This document shows, in pieces, positions 58,071 to 64,000 of a stretch of DNA of 64,000 nt. Numbering within the stretch: position 1 is the first letter of the stretch; every line of letters begins with the position of its first letter. A program made the position numbers and the translations under genes. The notes under the pieces are model-generated. The model worked only from the letters and a program-made list of their open reading frames with translations, was not told where the DNA came from and searched no databases. The stretch is taken from the IMG/VR virus record IMGVR_UViG_3300025108_004499, one strand, 5' to 3'. This DNA is from a virus.

Positions 58071-58487
58071 TCAAGTCCCATTTGGCGCAACTGCGGGTCC
58101 AAATTTACCACCTGCTTGTATAACGCACCAAAATACGTTTCCAGGCATCTCAGCAACTAATGTATATGTTCTTTTATCCATATTAACATACATTGTCATC
58201 CTTGCTGGCATCTGTACACCGTCTGGTCTCTTTACCATTGTTTGTCCTTTTACAAAAGGAATCTCTCCATACTTTTTAAGAACTGATATTATTACTTCTG
58301 GTGGCGAGCATTCAATCATTGCTGGTAGAATCATAATTGGGGGAACTGAAGGTTGCTCCGGGTTTGTTTGTGGTGCAGTCTCTTCAGTGTTGTTATCTTG
58401 CGGAGTATTTACTAATGTTGCAAGTGCGCCTGCTTGTGTGGCAGTAGCGAATAGAACAATGAAAAGACTTATGAACAAATTTTTCAT
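58071..58487 (-). CDS. Secreted hypothetical protein
   Basis: Signal peptide, two Cys, YGE.P. Confidence 0.6.
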   Translation of the reverse strand: MKNLFISLFIVLFATATQAGALATLVNTPQDNNTEETAPQTNPEQPSVPPIMILPAMIECSPPEVIISVLKKYGEIPFVKGQTMVKRPDGVQMPARMTMYVNMDKRTYTLVAEMPGNVFWCVIQAGGKFGPAVAPNGT

Positions 58488-58518
58488 AGTCTTTCTCCTT
58501 AATTAAAAATATATTTAG

Positions 58519-59061
58519 TTAAAAATATTGGTCCATTAGCCGTGTACTGGCTAAATCGATACCAGCTTTCCACTGGTCTTCTTCATCGTAGTTATAAAAA
58601 ATTTCTTGATTAGGTTCTACAACTAACCATGCTTTGTGTTTGTATATCTCTGCTTGCAACTGCGGAACTATCCATGTACTCATTCCGCTCATTAGTCTCC
58701 AACACATAGGCATATTGTTGTGTTCCATTTTCTCTAACATTAATTCATCTGAGCTAATAGCATTACCGTGTGTTGCTTGTATTGTATTAGTAGAGTACCA
58801 ATCGTTTGTATGTAGAAGTAATAGACTTTGTTCACTAACAGGTCCGCCACGATACAAATGTCCTGAGGCCCCGCTGTTAACTGCCCCTCTCATAGTTTGT
58901 ATATCAGATACATTCATATAACTAGGTTTGTTTAGGATTAATCCAATACAGACTTTGTCTGTTTGTTCGTAGATGTATACCACGCTCTTTGCAAAGTGTG
59001 GATCTTTCATTACTCCTGGCTTGGCTACGAGTAACTTACCTTTGAAGGTGTCTAACATCAT
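58519..59061 (-). CDS. YqgE/AlgH (DUF179) family protein
   Basis: GKLLVA.P..DP.F..SV, GLILNKP, GGPV, W...QL..E. Confidence 0.88.
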   Translation of the reverse strand: MMLDTFKGKLLVAKPGVMKDPHFAKSVVYIYEQTDKVCIGLILNKPSYMNVSDIQTMRGAVNSGASGHLYRGGPVSEQSLLLLHTNDWYSTNTIQATHGNAISSDELMLEKMEHNNMPMCWRLMSGMSTWIVPQLQAEIYKHKAWLVVEPNQEIFYNYDEEDQWKAGIDLASTRLMDQYF

Positions 59062-60264
59062 TAGCTATAGTCCGGTAATGGTCCGCCGTACTTTTTACCT
59101 TTGATCTTCTTGCCGCCGACTGTGACTCTTGTCTTCTTACTAATCTTATGACTTTTACGTCCTGATCTTGTTCGTAGACCTTGACTCTTACAACTCGCTA
59201 GGGCACTCGCACCTAATTTGCTGTTAGGTCTTGATGAGCGACACAGCTCTTTACTAGCCTGCCATTCTAATTCCAATGATTCGTCAATATCTGTTATCTT
59301 CATGCTATCTATATTTATCCGCAAGGCACTCAATGTCTTGATCTAACGGCTCCTTATTTTGCGTTAGACTAAACGTAAGAGCTTTCCTAGTTCCACGAGT
59401 TGTACCTAATACAACTTCTCCTGACTTTTCATGATATTCTATTTTTGTAATCTTTGCAGGCTTTTTAGATTGGCCGACAAGAATTTCCTGACCTATTTCT
59501 AGGCTCAAATCAATTGTTCGTAATGTCATTGGATTCTCCATTTGGTGTGGTCCCTTGTATGTTTGGACAATAGTATTTATTTTATAACATCTCAATCTTT
59601 ATGTGTCAACCAAAAATAAGCAAGGCCCCGCTGTTAGCACTTAACCTCTGCCTACCATTTGCTAAATATTATTATGAGATACCAAATGTTAGACGACTCC
59701 CTCGGTAACTATTTGATTATTGATACCTGGGCAAACCATTTACTGGCAAAGGTGACCACCATGCAATTGGCGGCACGGACCTGCCAGCAACTCAACAAAC
59801 GACTTGGAACACCTGAATACTTGGACGAACTTCGCCAAAAAGTCTTGACAAACTGACCTATATAATATAGTATATAGAGATAAGTTAGAAAAGCAACTAG
59901 TATTTGAAAGGTACAAACAATGTCGTTCTTAACTATTCTTGGGTATGGTATACTCATTAATACCATTCATGTAATCGCAACAGGTCAAAGTTGGATGATC
60001 TGTGTTTCAGGGTGTAACTAACATGAAGTCAATAGCACTTTTATTATTAGCAACTGTCAGTCTTAGTGCCTGTGGTACAACGACTAAAACTGTTCTAAAC
60101 GAATGGTACACTACTAACATAAATCCTACAGGGTTCAAATCTTATGATCCTCCCAACGGTGATTGGATTTTCATTAGGAACGAACCTGGAGGTTCTCGTA
60201 CCGGATTGAAAAGAACACAGGACTGGGATTGGAACTCAGGCGGTAGACCCAAATACTAATATAC

Positions 60265-60341
60265 CTGCCCTTAGCTCAGCTGGATAGAGCGTTGGTTTGC
60301 GGAACCAGAGGCCAGGGGTTCGAATCCCTTAGGGCAGGCCA
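60265..60341 (+). tRNA. tRNA-Arg(GCG)
   Basis: CTGCCCT/AGGGCAG acceptor, D loop with A20, stem TTGGT/ACCAG, loop TTGCGGA, CCA end. Confidence 0.88.
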
Positions 60342-60367
60342 ATAAGAAATCTTTTTAATTCATCCGT

Positions 60368-60439
60368 CCAAAAATGGTTGACTTTCGTATCAATTGATCG
60401 TATAATATATTTAATAATTAGGCAAACAGAAAAGGCACA
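60368..60439 (+). repeat. Early promoter cassette, copy 1
   Basis: CCAAAAATGGTTGACTTTCGTATCAATTGATCGTATAAT...GGCAAACAGAAAAGGCACA; near-identical to 61467-61537. Confidence 0.85.
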
Positions 60440-61017
60440 ACGAATGATCTATAATGTATTAGAATCTAAGATGCGAGAAGCAATTGACTTAGATGAAAAC
60501 AAGAACAAAGACGGTTCTATCAACTGGAACTTTGTAGACGCAGACGCTTACATGGATTGCAAAAATCTATTCCGTAGCGATGCAGACTTTTATGAAGCAT
60601 TTAATTTCTTAGCAGACGGTATCCAAACCGAGAACAATCCTGCATCATGCTCATCAAACGAATATCAACTTGAAATGGAGGTTTAGTTATGTTTTACATT
60701 TATGAACAGCAATCAACTTATATCATGGGCAAGCCAAGTAAATATGATCAGACAGTTCGTCCGGATCATAGGCAACGATACAAAACAATGGCGTCAGCCA
60801 AAGCAGGGCTCACACGTATTAAAAAAGCAGAAGGCCTATTGCCAACTGATCCAAATTATGCAGACTTTCGTTATGCGATTGCAGAGTGTGGATACTTCCA
60901 CCAGAACATTGAAGCAACTCGAAAGGCTCAAAACTTAATGAGCAAGGAATGGTTTGTAGAGCCAATCAACACCCCGGGTTATATGAGTCCGGCACGTGAA
61001 TCTTATTGGAGTATGTA

Positions 61018-61266
61018 ATGCCAAAATTTAAGCAATCTTATATGAAGCCGACATTCAAATATGATACGAGCATATTCGAAGGCTTGATATGGAAAGAACC
61101 CAACTCTAAAGGTACTGACACCTATGACATTACACTAGAGGCCAAAGGCTTCACTTGTGATTGTCCAGGCTTTACCTTTAGGGGTAAGTGTAAACATACT
61201 CTAATCGTTAACAACAGGGTCAAGAGAGCTATTGATAGCGAAGTCCCTGAATACTATACCGTCTAG
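61018..61266 (+). CDS. SWIM zinc-finger protein
   Basis: FTCDCPGF..RGKCKH. Confidence 0.75.
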   Translation: MPKFKQSYMKPTFKYDTSIFEGLIWKEPNSKGTDTYDITLEAKGFTCDCPGFTFRGKCKHTLIVNNRVKRAIDSEVPEYYTV

Positions 61267-61466
61267 GAGGACACATGAAATGACAGAAGGATTTATTTTA
61301 TTAGCCTATATATTAGGCACAGGCTTTGGCTGGTGGGTTGGTAGAAGTTCGGGCATGAAGCAGGGTATCGCTGATTGTGTCGACAGTCTTATTGAACAGG
61401 GTTTCCTTAAATGGAAGGGCTCTAAAGATAATCCCGAAGTTATGAAATGGAACGAAAAGTAATCTG

Positions 61467-61537
61467 CCAAAAGTGGTTGACTTTCGTATCAATTGATCAT
61501 ATAATATATATAATAATTAGGCAAACAGAGAGGCACA
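61467..61537 (+). repeat. Early promoter cassette, copy 2
   Basis: About 70-bp direct repeat of 60368-60439 with TTGACT-N17-TATAAT. Confidence 0.85.
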
Positions 61538-62658
61538 TAGTATGACAAACTTAGTAACAAAATCAGTAGAACTTATCTATCAAATGGACAACGATCAATT
61601 GAATGAAATCGTTGATGCAATCAAACTTAAAAGAACATACCTAGCCAAACAGGCTGTAAGAAGTTTCCTTGTAGGAGACATTGTTCAATTTACTAAGAAG
61701 GACGGTATGCAAGTATCAGGCCAAGTTCGTAAGATCAATAAGAAATATATTATTGTGAACGAGAGTGCTACAGGTACTCAATGGAAGGTGCCAGGTACAA
61801 TGCTAACCAAGTTAGGCATAGGTGCTTAAATGGGACCGTATTCCGAAAAAGTTCAACAACAGAGGGCAGATGCTATCAAGCACCTGCTCGCTACCAATCC
61901 ACAGATGGACGACTATATGAAGGCTGTCTGGGAAAACAAGTTGAATGGTCTTGCTCAAAACGAAGACGAATATAACAAACGGGTCAAACAGATTTATTCT
62001 TCCCTAAAACCAAAGCATAGGATTTGGAATAGATATGGCACAGGATAAAAAATGGTCTATGAGTGCCAAGTTCACTCAGCCATATCACGGCTTAGGTAGC
62101 AGACAATTAAATGAATATATCAAAGGCAATGATCAGACAGTAGCCAATGAACTGGCATGGATTGATTATGTTGAAGAAGAATTTATCCAAAAGATGTTGA
62201 CTTATCCCGACGCTGAGGCTATACTGAATAAAATAACAAAGGAGAATAGAAATGATTAAAGCATTGATGTTCATGGCTATTGGAGCCATAGGTGCATATC
62301 TTTACATGAACCCAGGTGATGTAGAAGGTGCCGGCAAGATGGTTAAAGAAGGTATCAATCACGGTGCCACAATTATTCAAGAGGCAACTAATGATTAATA
62401 TTGAAGACGTTACACCAGGCAAACCATATGCCTGCAAGTTTAAGGTCGAACATATTTTAGATGAGTATGGTCGCCTACCAGGCCTAAGCGATACACCTTT
62501 AAAAGGGCTTGGATGGTATGAAGGCTTTGGCGAATTGATGCAAAGAGATTCCGAAAAGCAATTGGTTAAGATACTCGACGAAAAGAGTAAAAGAGAATTT
62601 ATTGTTCCATTCAGTCAGATATGGGACGTTGATGAAGTTGAATACGTAGAGGATTAAT

Positions 62659-63171
62659 ATGAAAGACTCAGCAATTATTACTGCCGCAAAGATGATGGCA
62701 GGAAAGGCACATGAAGGACAGGTTAGAAAGTATTCCGGCTTACCTTATATCATTCACCCTGTTGAGGTTGCTACCATTGTAGAATCTGCAGGTGGTACTG
62801 ATGATATGATTGCGGCCGCATTGTTACATGATGTGGTTGAAGACTGTGAAGGATATACCTTTGAAATGATTGCAGATGAAATCAGTCCAGAGGTTGCTGA
62901 ATTGGTTAGGGGTATGACAGAAGCATCTAAGCCTGAAGATGGTAACAGAGCCACTAGGAAGGAAATAGATAAAGACTTCTTAGCTCAACAGAGTGCAGAG
63001 GTACAGACTATCAAGTATGCCGATATCATTTCGAACACCCAAGACATTGCCGTAAGTGATCCTAAGTTCGCAAAGGTCTACATTGCAGAGATCAAAGCCT
63101 TGTTGAAGGTTATCGACAAAGGTGATGCTGACTTATATGCTAAGGCAAATGAATTAGTCAACCAACATTAA
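62659..63171 (+). CDS. HD-domain small alarmone hydrolase (SpoT/Mesh1-like)
   Basis: AH.GQ.RK...PYI.HP..VA, AALLHDVVED, IKYAD...N. Confidence 0.82.
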   Translation: MKDSAIITAAKMMAGKAHEGQVRKYSGLPYIIHPVEVATIVESAGGTDDMIAAALLHDVVEDCEGYTFEMIADEISPEVAELVRGMTEASKPEDGNRATRKEIDKDFLAQQSAEVQTIKYADIISNTQDIAVSDPKFAKVYIAEIKALLKVIDKGDADLYAKANELVNQH

Positions 63172-63188
63172 AAAGATTAGAATGTCAG

Positions 63189-63227
63189 CCAAAAGAGGTT
63201 GACATTCCTCATGACTGAACGTATAAT
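63189..63227 (+). promoter_or_regulatory. Early sigma70-type promoter
   Basis: CCAAAAGAGGTTGACA-N17-TATAAT. Confidence 0.8.
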
Positions 63228-64000
63228 GTATATATAATTACAAAACAACGGAGGGCATCCAATGTCTACAGATTTAAGAAACGTTCCAAACTGTGAAGCA
63301 GAGAATGAATTGCACCAAACACGTTTTTGGGGTGGCAAGGACAGAGCGACTTGTGTACAGGTTACTCAACGTAAACGTAAAGGTGAGAACAACGGTATAG
63401 CCGGCGACTTCTTTAACCATATACAATTGACACGTGAGCAGGCAGGTGCATTGGCTGTTGAGTTGATGCTATTTTCTCAAGAACGTGAAGTGGAGGACAT
63501 ATAATGACAACTGAAAAAGATTGGATTAAAGATCCTCTTCCGCCATTACCAAGCAAGTTTCGTCTATTCTGTAATGACAAATGGTGGGAACACCAAGACG
63601 AAATCTTTGCCTGGACAGGATCTAATCCTAAATACGATAATCGATATTATTTCAATAAGCATAAATGGATGCTGAGAGATATGTTTAGAGAACAAGAGGG
63701 GAAGAAATAAGATGGCTTATTACACTCACACAAAGGATCCAATTGGTGCTTTCCAAGAGAAAGACACAGGCAACTGGTTTGAATTTTCTAACAACGATGA
63801 ACCGTGGAACAATCACTTAGGTGAAGACTTCCCCCACAAGGTATGGGTAGGCGGTAAAGGCGTATGTGGAATGACAGGCTGGCGCTTTGCCAATGTTATG
63901 AAGACACGGGCCGTGGTTGTAGTAGACGAAGATGAGTTTGGTCTACCTGTAGTAGAAAAATGGTATACAAAGAAACATAGGGACTACCATCATGTCTAAG

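Noticed and set aside
59725-59790. GGCAAACCA...GCAAAG resembling a c-di-GMP-I riboswitch
   Set aside because: It lacks the GNRA/receptor and P1 elements and lies inside a plausible ORF with its own late promoter.
941-59966. Many antisense ORFs in the track (e.g. 43365-44033, 41857-42372, 31276-31719, 22410-22943, 33598-33783)
   Set aside because: They are shadows of well-supported opposite-strand genes or the tmRNA, with no RBS or motifs.
60368-61537. Direct repeats as CRISPR array or IS ends
   Set aside because: Only two long copies about 1.1 kb apart, each a sigma70 promoter; no spacers, cas genes or transposase.

Overview
This 64 kb window is a gene-dense, AT-rich segment of a large tailed dsDNA phage, probably marine and T4-like or jumbo-type, read in the standard genetic code. 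Most genes lie on the minus strand, with plus-strand blocks at about 13.1-14.2 kb, 53-55.3 kb and 59.7-64 kb. Several host-type genes point to an alphaproteobacterial host (possibly Rhodobacteraceae-like): Shemin-pathway ALA synthase, a two-piece permuted tmRNA, pseudoazurin, aa3 oxidase subunit IV, DUF1127 and a ROSE-like thermometer. Core phage functions include ATP-dependent DNA ligase, class Ia NrdAB with glutaredoxin, an exonuclease, a tail-fibre-like protein and a block of late, probably head-targeted proteins. Auxiliary modules: (i) CsgF/CsgG, two curlin-repeat proteins, a FecR-domain protein and a CHASE2 adenylate cyclase in one operon, with a divergent Fis-type HTH; (ii) tetrapyrrole genes hemA, hemC, heme oxygenase and a PcyX-like bilin reductase; (iii) proteostasis/translation genes clpP, clpS, Hsp20, bS21, Csp, tmRNA and 6 tRNAs, including rare Ser(ACT) and Arg(GCG); (iv) nucleotide genes guaC and prs; (v) a respiratory/DUF1127 cassette. 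Features read directly from the sequence and absent from the ORF track: a Trp-codon leader peptide plus terminator abutting tRNA-Trp (candidate attenuator), a glnA-type glutamine riboswitch, a ROSE-like thermometer, a probable -1 frameshift at an A9 run, a metallothionein-like ORF, leaderless late promoters and repeated early-promoter cassettes. All family assignments come from motif recognition by eye; no database searches were run.
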